A stretch of DNA of 64,000 nucleotides from a virus: positions 69,139 through 133,138 of the IMG/VR virus record IMGVR_UViG_3300025528_000005; one strand, given 5' to 3'. Below the pieces are notes generated by a model. The model did no database searches and had not been told where the DNA came from. It saw only the letters and a program-made list of their open reading frames with translations. Every line of letters starts with the position of its first letter. The first letter of the stretch is position 1. The position numbers were made by a program, and so were the translations under genes. Shown one piece after another: positions 9,693 to 19,771 of the stretch.

Positions 9693-12600
9693 TTACTCTT
9701 CAGTATCGTCACTTCTTCCTCTTTCCGACCAAGTTGACTTCACGAATTCCGCCGGATCTTCGTAATCCAGGAAGAGGCTGGCCCCTGGCTCCAAGAGGAG
9801 ATCTGCCGTCAGCAACGGGTTCTGGTAGAACATACCAGTCGCGTTGTAGTTCTGCGGCACCATGTCAATAAATTTTATACCGAACTTGTCTTCTATGGCT
9901 CGCTTGCCTTCGATCGGTCGACAAACTAGGCGCAGGTTTCCGACAGAGGTATTGAAGTCGTTGGCGTCTCCTCCGTAACCTCCATGGTCGGTTAGCTTCA
10001 TCACAGGAACGGGATTGCTTGCACCGAGCGTCCAAACTCCTGCATTACGAGCGATTGGAATAGGTTGCCCGAGCGAGAAGTCGTAGATTTCGTCGGGAGA
10101 TGCCGCTCCAACGCCTAAGACGCTTCGATAGAATTCGTCAGCCGTTGCCTTGGCTACGGGATTACCGATCAGACCGGACCGAACGGCTATGGCCTGGCTG
10201 ACGTCTCCGAACTCGGAGGTATCCGAAACCGGAGGCTCGTCGGTTACTTCAGTGGTCCCGCCTCCCTCCGTCTGTCCAAGATTCTCATTTCTCCAGGTCA
10301 CGTTCAGCATCTTCAGCGTAGTTTGTAGCCACGGGTGAAGATGATGGAGATAGTAGTTCGACATCTCGGTATAGGTCGTCGCTGCGACGATTCCTATCGT
10401 TGTGCCGATAGACCGAGAGGAGATGGTGTGCGTTACCGAGGAGCACAAGCCGTGAAAGCTTGGCTGGTTCGGAGAGTCGTTAATGATATCCATCGGATAT
10501 CCAGGGATGATGTAAGGGTTGAAGATTCCGTCGATTACCCCGCTTCGCGCCTGCGCCACCTGTTTAGTAAACTCGTAGTCAACCGTTGAGAACAACAGCC
10601 TTTCCGACGGGTGAATCATCGACTTCTGGCTGTATGGGTTTAGAACATCCTTGCTCTCGTCCCGCTCACCCTTGAGGACGAGGCCGTCGTCTTGGATGAT
10701 CTTGTAGCCGTATCGGTCAACCCAGGCAGCATACAGATTGAGCAGGTCGATGTACTCAGGGCTACTCTTATCCATCCACGCTTCTTGAGTGACTTCTCCG
10801 TCCTCTTTTGCATCTTTGATCATAAGAGCCAGCCAATATGGCATCATGATCTTTCGATGAAGAACTCCCCTGCCCTGTTCATACTTCCCAGGAATGTTCC
10901 CCGAAGGGCCGGTCGTGTTTTTCAAGTTGACATCTACAGGCGTTTCTCGAGCCTGGCGTGCGTTGGCAATGCCAATACCTACGGCAATGGCTTCCCGGAT
11001 CGAGTGGGGCCCGCGGTAGTTGGTGCCCATGAAATTCGGATCGGTAGGAAGATTGTCATGGAAGGCCGTGATACGTGTCGGGACGATGTCCTCCATCTGG
11101 TCGATGTTGATCGAGTGATACATCTTCGGCAGAAGGACGTTGCAGAGAGGACTAAAGTAAAACGGCATCTGCGGCTTCACGATCGTTTCGACCGCCGCCA
11201 TCTCAATGTTCGCACTTGAAAGCGGATCGTCCGGATTGACGGTCACAGTCGGATCGGCTGGAACGTGTGCCGGGCTGGCCAGGGTTATCATCTCATACTC
11301 AACTGACAGGTAGAAATCCTGGAAGAGCTGGGCAAACGTCGCCATTTCCCCTGAGAAGTTCAGCTGATTGGCAATGGACTGCAGAGCTAGGGTCGTGCTG
11401 ATGGCAGTGATGCTAGGAAGCCTGAACGACGGAGGGACCATGGCAACCGTCTCATCCGTATTGGGAGAAGTTTCATTCTCTGGACAGAACGGCTCCTTGG
11501 AGTCCTGGATGATCTTCTCGAGATAGTAGTGCCCAGATAACCGGTCGAAGAAGCCTATTCCCTCCTCAATCAAAGGCAGGTAGATCTTCTCCATTATGGT
11601 GTTGATGCCGGGGTTTCGGTAACAGGTTTTCTTCAGCTGGTTCCAGAAGTTCATCACCGCCGCAGGCATGCCGATGAGTCGCTTCTCGACGCTCCTCCAG
11701 CGCTGATCAATCTTGGTTACGTCCGCTTTGTCGATATCTGGATTGTCAGGAGATAGAAGATCCTTTGGATCTGTCTGCATCCCGGTCACTCCCTTGAGAG
11801 CATCCAAGAGGCTCTGCCTGGAGTTGAGCGAGACCGGCTGGCTCACGGCCAAATTCGGATTCGGATCCCCGCCGCCGAGCAATGCGTTTCGAACGTAATC
11901 AGACCATTCCAAGGTGACCTGATTAAGCAAGGCGTTCTTGTGAACGCAGCGAAAGCTAATTGTAGCCATACCCTGTTGACGGGACTTGGCGTAGTTGCAA
12001 GCCACGATGTGGCCCCAGAACAGCAGCCTATCGCCACCCAGGTTTTTGTCAGTGAAGAAGATGTGAACCTTGGGTTGATAGTATCGAGCGATATCCATGA
12101 GGCTGGCCTGAGGAGGCACCTGAATGGATGCGGTCGGCAGGTCTCCCATAGTTTGGGAAATCGATATCGCCTCGAACGGGACCTGAACTCCCTCGATGTA
12201 GAGCTTGATGTCCTGGTAAACGACATCAGTTGTATTGATCCCTTCTGGAACTGGATCTTCGACACCGGCCCAAACGCCTTTTCCGGTAAACATGGCGTTG
12301 GTCTCGTCAGGAGTAGGATTGACGCCGTCCCCGGATTGCGCCTCGGCATTCTGCGCTTGAATGTCAGTGGCTAAGGTGTTGTTGATTTCGACGATTTGTT
12401 CGGACAGAGAGGAGCTGGCAGCCCTATAAGAGGACTCTGATATCGTATCCGCAGCTTGGCGAGCCTGAGGGATATAGTTGTTACCGATTTCTGTTGCGGC
12501 TTCGGCAATCGAAGGGCCAAATGACTGAAGGCGAGTCGAAAAATTGCTAACCCCGCTCGCAATTGCCTCACCGGCAGCGTTCTGAATGTTCTCCAGTGAA

Positions 12601-12920
12601 TCCCCGGCACTCGTTTTCTGAGCAAAGACCTCTTCCATGTGGGAAGAAGCCTTTCTTGCGGCGTCTAGAACCGCTCCTCTCTGAGAAGGAGGCGTATTGG
12701 CCAGAGCATAGTCCCTCATCCTATCAATAGGAGCCGTCAAAGACGAAGAGGCTCCAGTGGCGGCAGACGCATTGCGTGCCGCTTCAGTAGCTCTTCTCTG
12801 AATCTGCGGGATCGAAGTTCCTGTCTTGGCTAAAGTTGTGCTTGTGATGTTTGCCAAGGATCGGTTCGAAGCCATGGCAGAATACACAGACCTCGAAACG
12901 ATGGACTCATGAAGTGACAT
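9693..12920 (-). CDS. Baseplate hub protein (gp27/gp44-like) with low-complexity N-terminal extension
   Basis: 1075 aa; LYIEGVQVPF.AISISQ...LPTASI and PYIIPGYP...GL...VTH.IS patterns fit tail hub proteins. Confidence 0.6.
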   Translation of the reverse strand: MSLHESIVSRSVYSAMASNRSLANITSTTLAKTGTSIPQIQRRATEAARNASAATGASSSLTAPIDRMRDYALANTPPSQRGAVLDAARKASSHMEEVFAQKTSAGDSLENIQNAAGEAIASGVSNFSTRLQSFGPSIAEAATEIGNNYIPQARQAADTISESSYRAASSSLSEQIVEINNTLATDIQAQNAEAQSGDGVNPTPDETNAMFTGKGVWAGVEDPVPEGINTTDVVYQDIKLYIEGVQVPFEAISISQTMGDLPTASIQVPPQASLMDIARYYQPKVHIFFTDKNLGGDRLLFWGHIVACNYAKSRQQGMATISFRCVHKNALLNQVTLEWSDYVRNALLGGGDPNPNLAVSQPVSLNSRQSLLDALKGVTGMQTDPKDLLSPDNPDIDKADVTKIDQRWRSVEKRLIGMPAAVMNFWNQLKKTCYRNPGINTIMEKIYLPLIEEGIGFFDRLSGHYYLEKIIQDSKEPFCPENETSPNTDETVAMVPPSFRLPSITAISTTLALQSIANQLNFSGEMATFAQLFQDFYLSVEYEMITLASPAHVPADPTVTVNPDDPLSSANIEMAAVETIVKPQMPFYFSPLCNVLLPKMYHSINIDQMEDIVPTRITAFHDNLPTDPNFMGTNYRGPHSIREAIAVGIGIANARQARETPVDVNLKNTTGPSGNIPGKYEQGRGVLHRKIMMPYWLALMIKDAKEDGEVTQEAWMDKSSPEYIDLLNLYAAWVDRYGYKIIQDDGLVLKGERDESKDVLNPYSQKSMIHPSERLLFSTVDYEFTKQVAQARSGVIDGIFNPYIIPGYPMDIINDSPNQPSFHGLCSSVTHTISSRSIGTTIGIVAATTYTEMSNYYLHHLHPWLQTTLKMLNVTWRNENLGQTEGGGTTEVTDEPPVSDTSEFGDVSQAIAVRSGLIGNPVAKATADEFYRSVLGVGAASPDEIYDFSLGQPIPIARNAGVWTLGASNPVPVMKLTDHGGYGGDANDFNTSVGNLRLVCRPIEGKRAIEDKFGIKFIDMVPQNYNATGMFYQNPLLTADLLLEPGASLFLDYEDPAEFVKSTWSERGRSDDTEE

Positions 12921-13767
12921 TGGCGAAGACGGAATTAAGAGCTAGCATGTACAAGGCACGTTCGAGAGGATGCTTGATCTGAGGCATGTACTCTCGGTAG
13001 TGCTGAGGAATTTGTTCTAACGTGTTCGTATACGATATTAGCAGGTCTAGCCTGTTCTGAGGCACGAGAGATGTCAGAAGCTCCGAACGGACGGGGAGCT
13101 TGGGTGCCGGCAGAGGCTTTATTCCAAGCAGGGAACCTGAATAGGTTTTTGCTAACCACACTAGGAACGGGGACCGGTTTAAGGCCGTGTACTTGACTGT
13201 GATGTTATGTCCTACGGTCAAAGGTTCGGCCAAAGTTAGCGTCTTGCCGGATACGGAATAGGACGACTCCGGCAGCAGAACTCCTTGGATGTAGACATAG
13301 AGGAACTGATACTCCGACTCGTCGAGCTCTAAGGGGAAGTTCGCTTGTCCGACTGCGCCGGAAAACACCGTCGTGGTAATCTCGTATTCCGGATTGATCG
13401 TCACCCGTGTCCCGACTTCAGGTATGGGGTGTCTCGGCCGAGATGCAGCAAAACACTTCTGGCAGATTCCGCCTGGAGCCACGCAAGTGTCGAGCGATCG
13501 AGTTGCGACACGGTAGATACCTTGGAAGAGCAGCTGCTCGATCCGAGCCTTGCTGATCACCTCACCTGTGGCGAGCTCTGTCTCTCCTTCAAGTTCGTAA
13601 TTGACGGCCTGAATCTTACCCAGAGTGGTTCCGCAGTCAGCTTGAGTCACAGCCACGTTAGGGTTGAAGATCATCGTCGCAAAATTGGCGATATCCGGAT
13701 TGTTATCCGGGATGAACTCGAAGATGTTTTCGAACAAAATCAGAGCCGAGTAGCTGCGCATCGTCAT
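12907..13767 (-). CDS. Virion structural protein with Cys cluster
   Basis: 286 aa; C..GGICQKC motif and a YVYIQGVL...SYSVSG beta module. Confidence 0.55.
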   Translation of the reverse strand: MTMRSYSALILFENIFEFIPDNNPDIANFATMIFNPNVAVTQADCGTTLGKIQAVNYELEGETELATGEVISKARIEQLLFQGIYRVATRSLDTCVAPGGICQKCFAASRPRHPIPEVGTRVTINPEYEITTTVFSGAVGQANFPLELDESEYQFLYVYIQGVLLPESSYSVSGKTLTLAEPLTVGHNITVKYTALNRSPFLVWLAKTYSGSLLGIKPLPAPKLPVRSELLTSLVPQNRLDLLISYTNTLEQIPQHYREYMPQIKHPLERALYMLALNSVFANVTS

Positions 13768-15287
13768 AAGAACGCTCCGGATTCAGGAGTCGGAGTCGGG
13801 CCCGATCCAAGCAGCGCTGCCTTCGGCACAGAACGTCCTACACTGCGAGACAGCGTCGGGATGCCAAGATCCTGCAGCCACCTCGTGTTCGGAGAGATGA
13901 CTCCGAGCTTCATAAGGCCGCGCAGTGACATCTCCAGCGACATGGGTTGAGTCGGGATAGATCCTTTCGAATTCAGAAGCGATCCGAGGATGATCCGGAG
14001 ATTGGGCTCACCGAGAGATCCGATTCCGAGATCCAATAGACTCCACGGATTTCGGGCAGCCGCATTGACCATGTTGACGATGCCAATCGCCTGATTCGTC
14101 ACGTTGACGACATCTCGAATGATGTCGGCCACTGGGGACGTCAAGGCATTGAACACCTCAGAAACTGCGCCTCGGACGTTCTGGATAAGCTTCGTTAGCG
14201 AAGACAGCACTCCGTAGATCGGGGAGAACAACGCAGCTCTAATGCCTGCCAGGTTCGCACTGACGCTGTTGAACACGTCGGAAACATTCGACGAGACCGT
14301 TCTGATTGCGCTGCTAGCAGCATCGATACCTCGACTGATGGCGCTTGACGTCGGGTTTGAAGACCGGCTGGCACTCGTTCCTCCGGACAGTCCCCCTCCG
14401 AGATTGGCCATACTTCCGGCTATGTCGCTAATCGTAGAAGCCGGATTCTTGACGACGTCCAGTACGGCCGCGGCCTGGGCCTTTATGCTGTTGATGCCCT
14501 GCTGGCTCAGGAATGAATCCGCGCTGGAAAAGTCAATTAGGCTAGCCGCATTCGACAGAGGTGCGCCAGGCACAACCACTGGCTTCGGGATGATCTGCTT
14601 AGCAAGAAACTGAAACTCGAAGCTGATCAGAGTGTCGTTGCTCGAGTCCTGAGACCAGGACATGTGGGGGATCGTTCCGATGACATCCATATTCGGAAGA
14701 ACGATCTGCAGCAGCTCATAGTTCTGCGCCAGCTGGGTGCCGCGCATGACCTGGCCGTACATCGTCATCCACTTGACGAACCACTCGTTGTCAACAGAGT
14801 CGATCAGTATTCCGGCCATCGTGAATACGATCGGTTGCCGGCCGAAATAGTAGACGACCTCCCCGTCGCCGAACGTCTCGACAATCTGCAGCTTTTCATC
14901 CAGAGAGCAGCGGACCTGAGTTAGGAGAAAATCCGCATAGCCTCCATGCTTTCCGCCGTTAATGGCCTGGTCGAGAGGATTTCCTGCGCCAGTCAGAATC
15001 GGCGGGGTTTCGATTCCCTCTCCGTGACCATGGCGTTGGCTTGAAGCTGCCGGATTCGACGTCAAAAGTCGGATGTAGGCTCTGGTGCCTCGGTCTCCTC
15101 CGAGCTCCTGGTTTTGGAACGCACCGCGACTGCGCATCGTGAAAAGGCGTTCCGTCTGCGGTATCGTGCCGTTGGCGTTCGGAGTAGCCGTACCAGGCTG
15201 TTGCCCTCCAGCAGAGACCAGCGGAGCTATATTGGTTGGAGGAGGCAGCGGGACTGGGAATGCCTGGGCGGCCGTTGCATTAATCAT
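13764..15287 (-). CDS. Tail tube initiator / baseplate-associated structural protein
   Basis: 507 aa after the tape measure gene; EKLQIVETFGD...YYFGR.P..F...G.L.D pattern. Confidence 0.5.
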   Translation of the reverse strand: MINATAAQAFPVPLPPPTNIAPLVSAGGQQPGTATPNANGTIPQTERLFTMRSRGAFQNQELGGDRGTRAYIRLLTSNPAASSQRHGHGEGIETPPILTGAGNPLDQAINGGKHGGYADFLLTQVRCSLDEKLQIVETFGDGEVVYYFGRQPIVFTMAGILIDSVDNEWFVKWMTMYGQVMRGTQLAQNYELLQIVLPNMDVIGTIPHMSWSQDSSNDTLISFEFQFLAKQIIPKPVVVPGAPLSNAASLIDFSSADSFLSQQGINSIKAQAAAVLDVVKNPASTISDIAGSMANLGGGLSGGTSASRSSNPTSSAISRGIDAASSAIRTVSSNVSDVFNSVSANLAGIRAALFSPIYGVLSSLTKLIQNVRGAVSEVFNALTSPVADIIRDVVNVTNQAIGIVNMVNAAARNPWSLLDLGIGSLGEPNLRIILGSLLNSKGSIPTQPMSLEMSLRGLMKLGVISPNTRWLQDLGIPTLSRSVGRSVPKAALLGSGPTPTPESGAFL

Positions 15288-15519
15288 TCGTTTCGTCCCT
15301 CACTTCAAAATCGATTAGTTGCAAAAGAAGCTGTTCCTTCATGACCTGAAGCTGTCCGCTAAGGCCTCCTAGTTGAGGAGGGACATAAGACAACCCTTGT
15401 CTTTGAGCCCGAAGACCGTCAGTTACCCCTCTTACCTGTTGAAGATAGATCTGATACGGCGTCATCTCGACGAGCCGAGGGGTGATGTTCGTCGTGTTTC
15501 TTGCGTTCCTAGTAGCCAT
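15280..15519 (-). CDS. Hypothetical protein
   Basis: 79 aa, coupled to the tape measure stop codon. Confidence 0.5.
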   Translation of the reverse strand: MATRNARNTTNITPRLVEMTPYQIYLQQVRGVTDGLRAQRQGLSYVPPQLGGLSGQLQVMKEQLLLQLIDFEVRDETND

Positions 15520-18500
15520 TATTGCGGTCCACGTGCTCCAGAGACTTTGGCCGTGTCAGGGCCTCCTAGCCAAGGCGGAGCCACTCTGCTTGGAAGAGGG
15601 GGATAGCTTCCTCCTGAACCGATCCTGCGTTCGGCCCCAGGCATGCGATCCACAGCCGCGTCAAACTTGGACACGGCATCTTCAAATTTCTTCGTCGTTT
15701 GCCTCTGATCGAGCGAGTTGATAGTGCTCAACGCGGAGGTGAAGTCCACTTGTCCTGATTTTACGAGCTCCAGGAGTTTGCGCCGCTGTTCCCCGGTTTC
15801 GATCATTGGCGCGATGATCTCCATGACCTTGCTAGTTTCCAGATCCTCCGGAACCTTCAGCGGATCGTCTAGGAGTCGTCCGCCACCAAGGCCTGCTACA
15901 TACTGAAGACCGATGCGATGCATCGCCTCTTCATCTCCTGCTTTCAAGGCCTTCTGGAATTCTCGACGAAGCTTGGAATCGGTGATCAACCTTCCCTTGC
16001 TCGACTTAAGAGATTCCATGCTGATTCCGAGATCGAACGCATCGTTAGAAATGCCGATCGTCCCTTGCTCAGCTGCTCGGCGGATCAGAGCGTTGATTGC
16101 ATCTATGGCGTCAGCTCCGGTCTTGTCTCCTATAACCTTCTTCAAGGCCGCATAACGGGGATCTTCCAGGATCTGGTCGATCGTCCCAAAACTAAGCTCT
16201 CCGGATTGCTTCAGGTTATAAGCCGCGCCTACGGCAGACATGGTGTCGAGCAATCCGAGATTTTCGGATCCCACAGTTTGCTGGAACGCCCTAAGGACCC
16301 TGGACTTAGCCGTCATAGGTTCTGTTTCGGTCAGGACAAATCGAGATGCCCTTCCGGTCTCTTCCATGAACGTTCTATAGGCAGACGTGTCGTCGGTGTT
16401 CAGAACTCGAGCACCAGCTTCACCGAAGTAGTCTCTGTTATTGCCAATAACCCTGGTCAAAGCTCTCCTTCTCTCTTCCGGAGTCGTGGCTCGGAGGAAT
16501 GCTCGGGCATCGGCGTCGCCTTGTCTTGCCAGCTCATTGATCTTTTCAACGACGGAGGTTGTTGTGCTCGACAGTCCGTCGAAGAGTCCGGTCCTAATAA
16601 GACGGAGAGGCTCATTCGTTCTCGGCTCAGTATCGAAGAGAGTCGACACGTCGGAGACTCGTAAGCCTTTGCCGATCGTTCCTCCGAACTGAAGGGAGTC
16701 AACGACTTCCTGTACGGTGTCCGCCAGAGATCCGGACAGTTGAGTGACCGGGAAAACAAGGTTCTCAGCTATGCCTTCTGTCAGGTTACGGCCAAACCGC
16801 ATAAGGGAATGGACAGTACGTCCAATCCGACCACCGTAAGCGAAGTTCTGAGAAATGGCTTGCCGCATCTGTTCCGCAGAGAACTTGTCCGCTCCTCGGA
16901 GCCGTTGAGCAAGTGTCGTCGGGTCGGCCATAGTTGCTTGACTCATGATGATACCCATAGCCTCATCAGGGCTTAGGCCCATCATATGAGTCAGAATTGG
17001 CACAAGGGTTTCAGCATCAAACTTGCCGTTCGCATTCCTAGCGATAGGCAATTGACTCAGGATCGATACGGCCTGATTGATGATTGCCGACGGGCCTTGT
17101 TCACTTAATTGTCTACCGGCCATCTGAGAGCCGAACAGCGACATCTGACCCATGACTCGGAACGGATCCATAGCCACGCTGTGGCCGAACTGCCGAATCG
17201 TATCGGTGAAGCTCTGATTGAAACCTGGAATGGCTCCGCCTGCGGCTCCACCAATGTACTGGTTGTAGAGACCCATCAAGTTGTACGGTGTCTGAGCCGC
17301 CCTCACCATGGCAGACATGGTCGATTGAGTGGCCCCTTCGAGGCCTCCCATGCGGGCCAGCTGAGCTGGTGACAGAAGGCCAACGCGTTGTGCTGCGGCA
17401 AAGCCAGAGTAAACATTAGCTGCGGCCATTTGGCCCAGGTACGGCGTCATACCTGCAGCCTGGAACATATACTGGCCTTGGGCCCCAACCGTGTTCATCA
17501 GTCGCTGAATGGAAACCCCTGCCTGAGATGCCAGATTTCCCAGACCCCGATAGGCCGCAGCCGCGTTGCTGAATTGACCTCCTGTAACTGAGGCACCAGC
17601 CAGGTTGAGCTTCGACAGCTCTTCGATGGCGTTCTTGATATCCGGATCCTTGGAGATCGCCATGATGAGCTTGATCTGCTCGGCGACATCCTTGACCCGT
17701 TGTGTAATCTGCCTCGCCTTGACGTTGTCCATGAGGCCAGCTCGGGCCGACATATCCGCAATGGCTGCGTAGTCAGACGTCGAAAAGGCCATGTCCTGGA
17801 TACCGGCCCGGGTAATTTCCGACGCCATCTCATACGATTCCCGGAATCCAAGACCGCCCCCGGTTACCGGATTACCTGCGGCATCGACAAAGCTTGCGCC
17901 GGCGAAATTGCGGCGAAGATCCCTAGCCTGCATTCGAGTGTTGATGTAGGGATTCCAAAGGGCCTTCTGGCCTCCCCATAGAGCTCCTTGGGCAGCTGCA
18001 ATAGGAAGCAGAAATCCGCCAGCCACGCTTCCGACAACACCGGCTGCAGCGCCCATACCGGCCGCCGCCGCGCCTCTCAATCCGATTGCAGAGGCTAATC
18101 CTCGGCCGAAACCTGAACCGACAGCTCTACCCAAACCAGAGGCAATGCCTCCTCCGGTGAAGTAACCCCCGAAGGTTCTAGGCCCCAGCAAGCGAAAGGC
18201 ACCGCCAAAGGCCAGGGCAGGAGCCAAGATCCGTTGGCCGGCCCAAGCCAGAGAGTCGAACGGTCGGGCAGAAATACCTTCGATAGACGGCTGCTGCTCG
18301 TCGATCGGATTCCCCCAAATTGGCTCTTCGACAAACGGATTGAAAAGCCTGTTCACGCCTCCGAAGAACCCGACGCGACCGTACTGATTGTACGGCTGTG
18401 TTCCTGAGTATCGAGGGCGATAAGGGGCCTCATAGCTAGGAGTCAGAAGGCTAGGATCCATGCCCCAGCCTGGATTCATATAAGCCGGATTCATCGGGCT

Positions 18501-18572
18501 CGAGAACGAGCCTTGAAGACCAGGTGACCGGAAAATGTCAGGAGGACCGAAAGACGGAAAATATGGCAGCAT
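15519..18572 (-). CDS. Tape measure protein
   Basis: 1017 aa, Gly/Ala-rich hydrophobic segments then long helical region; lies between the tail chaperones and baseplate genes. Confidence 0.75.
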   Translation of the reverse strand: MLPYFPSFGPPDIFRSPGLQGSFSSPMNPAYMNPGWGMDPSLLTPSYEAPYRPRYSGTQPYNQYGRVGFFGGVNRLFNPFVEEPIWGNPIDEQQPSIEGISARPFDSLAWAGQRILAPALAFGGAFRLLGPRTFGGYFTGGGIASGLGRAVGSGFGRGLASAIGLRGAAAAGMGAAAGVVGSVAGGFLLPIAAAQGALWGGQKALWNPYINTRMQARDLRRNFAGASFVDAAGNPVTGGGLGFRESYEMASEITRAGIQDMAFSTSDYAAIADMSARAGLMDNVKARQITQRVKDVAEQIKLIMAISKDPDIKNAIEELSKLNLAGASVTGGQFSNAAAAYRGLGNLASQAGVSIQRLMNTVGAQGQYMFQAAGMTPYLGQMAAANVYSGFAAAQRVGLLSPAQLARMGGLEGATQSTMSAMVRAAQTPYNLMGLYNQYIGGAAGGAIPGFNQSFTDTIRQFGHSVAMDPFRVMGQMSLFGSQMAGRQLSEQGPSAIINQAVSILSQLPIARNANGKFDAETLVPILTHMMGLSPDEAMGIIMSQATMADPTTLAQRLRGADKFSAEQMRQAISQNFAYGGRIGRTVHSLMRFGRNLTEGIAENLVFPVTQLSGSLADTVQEVVDSLQFGGTIGKGLRVSDVSTLFDTEPRTNEPLRLIRTGLFDGLSSTTTSVVEKINELARQGDADARAFLRATTPEERRRALTRVIGNNRDYFGEAGARVLNTDDTSAYRTFMEETGRASRFVLTETEPMTAKSRVLRAFQQTVGSENLGLLDTMSAVGAAYNLKQSGELSFGTIDQILEDPRYAALKKVIGDKTGADAIDAINALIRRAAEQGTIGISNDAFDLGISMESLKSSKGRLITDSKLRREFQKALKAGDEEAMHRIGLQYVAGLGGGRLLDDPLKVPEDLETSKVMEIIAPMIETGEQRRKLLELVKSGQVDFTSALSTINSLDQRQTTKKFEDAVSKFDAAVDRMPGAERRIGSGGSYPPLPSRVAPPWLGGPDTAKVSGARGPQ

Positions 18573-18577
18573 ACGGG

Positions 18578-18584
18578 TATTTTA
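18578..18584 (-). promoter_or_regulatory. Late promoter motif TAAAATA
   Basis: Immediately upstream of the tape measure ATG. Confidence 0.55.
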
Positions 18585-18617
18585 GGACGATGCCAGCTCA
18601 GTTTCAGAGGATTGGAT

Positions 18618-18627
18618 TGGTATAAGA
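18618..18627 (+). promoter_or_regulatory. Plus-strand island promoter (TGGTATAAGA)
   Basis: Same motif precedes seven plus-strand units; resembles an extended -10 element. Confidence 0.7.
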
Positions 18628-18661
18628 ATTAAGAAGTAAAACACTCTCTGGAGGAGTTCGT

Positions 18662-19009
18662 ATGGCTAAATTCAAACTTTACCTATACTTCGTTTCTAGG
18701 GCCGATTGGGTGGGCAACATCATGAAAGAAGGCCTGAAGCCGACTTCAATTCATGGAAGCGATGAAAAAGGGATACTGCTCTTCTTCAATCCTGCCGATG
18801 CAAAGCAGCATGGCATTCACGAGCTAGGCGAAGACGCACACGTTCTTCAGGTCAACTGCACTGGCTTGAAGCCGACCGCATTCCAAGACTTCTACGAGCT
18901 TCGTGAGAAAGCTACGAATCCCGTGCTTGGTCAGCACATCTTTTTCACAGAACCGATCGATCCGGTTCGCATCAAGGATCTGTCCGTCATTCAGGAGGAA
19001 GCTTTATGA
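18662..19009 (+). CDS. Small protein with possible degenerate ADP-ribosyltransferase/KptA-like fold
   Basis: RBS GGAGGAG. LY[F]VS....NIMKEGLKP...GILLF resembles the LYH.T....I...GL.P ART signature, but the His is replaced. Confidence 0.5.
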   Translation: MAKFKLYLYFVSRADWVGNIMKEGLKPTSIHGSDEKGILLFFNPADAKQHGIHELGEDAHVLQVNCTGLKPTAFQDFYELREKATNPVLGQHIFFTEPIDPVRIKDLSVIQEEAL

Positions 19010-19095
19010 ATTCCCTGTCGGAAATCCCCACTCTGTTCCTTCCTCTCTACGTCATCGCCGCCTTGGCGATTGCGTATTTGACTGACCACGAATGA
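19006..19095 (+). CDS. 29 aa single-TM peptide (not in the ORF track)
   Basis: AGGAGG RBS and ATGA overlap with the upstream stop; MNSLSEIPTLFLPLYVIAALAIAYLTDHE. Confidence 0.55.
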   Translation: MNSLSEIPTLFLPLYVIAALAIAYLTDHE

Positions 19096-19128
19096 TCTTG
19101 TCACAAACAGCAGTAGGACCTATGATCA

Positions 19129-19335
19129 ATGCCGAAAATGTCGTCGGAGGTCTTTGTCGCCTTCCGTAGCATCGGAGTCGAAGAGGCCCAGGCTCAAGCA
19201 GCCGCGGAAGCTCTGAACAGATCGGATGAGATCGTGGACACGCTAAAAACAGACATGCTCGCTTTGAAGTGGATGGTCGGGACGAACGTCGCCTTGACCC
19301 TGATACTTCTTGGGAAACTCCTTCTGCTTCCATAA
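19129..19335 (+). CDS. DUF1640/CCDC90-like coiled-coil plus C-terminal TM protein
   Basis: AFRSIGVEEAQAQAAAEAL...LKTDMLALKWMVGTNVALTL pattern. Confidence 0.65.
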   Translation: MPKMSSEVFVAFRSIGVEEAQAQAAAEALNRSDEIVDTLKTDMLALKWMVGTNVALTLILLGKLLLLP

Positions 19336-19341
19336 CAGCAG

Positions 19342-19371
19342 AAAGGGCCGCCTTATGGGCAGCCCTTTTTT
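19342..19371. terminator. Intrinsic terminator, probably bidirectional
   Basis: AAAGGGCCGCC-TTAT-GGGCAGCCCTTTTT between convergent genes. Confidence 0.7.
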
Positions 19372-19376
19372 CGCTT

Positions 19377-19757
19377 CTACGGTTTTTGTAGAAGTTTGTC
19401 GACTCCGGAAACGTGTAGTTTCCCCATCTTGTCCTTGAACAGCTTGAGCTCCGAGTTTTTGACGACGTTCTGATAGTACTCCAACATCTCCATCTCTTTC
19501 GCGGTTTGCTCAGGCAGTTCGACGTTCAGCAGCAGAGATAGTGTCTGAGTCCAGATGGTCTTGATGGCCTTGGCCCAGTCTCTGCGCCTGTTCGGATCCT
19601 CGATGCTCGGATTGGTCAGCGTCAGCAGCATGACCATCTCCAATTTTTTAGCCTCGAGTTGAGCCTCTTTGATGAGGTACTCCCTGTAAACCCGATCTTG
19701 AATGGTGCCGAGCTTCGGAAGTTTGACCCCCGAGAGATGCAACTTCATCCGCTGCAT
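19377..19757 (-). CDS. Tail assembly chaperone, C-terminal (gpT-like) part
   Basis: In the -1 frame relative to 19772..20347, and open through the slippery site. Confidence 0.7.
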   Translation of the reverse strand: MQRMKLHLSGVKLPKLGTIQDRVYREYLIKEAQLEAKKLEMVMLLTLTNPSIEDPNRRRDWAKAIKTIWTQTLSLLLNVELPEQTAKEMEMLEYYQNVVKNSELKLFKDKMGKLHVSGVDKLLQKP

Positions 19758-19771
19758 CGCCCAGGGGTGTT

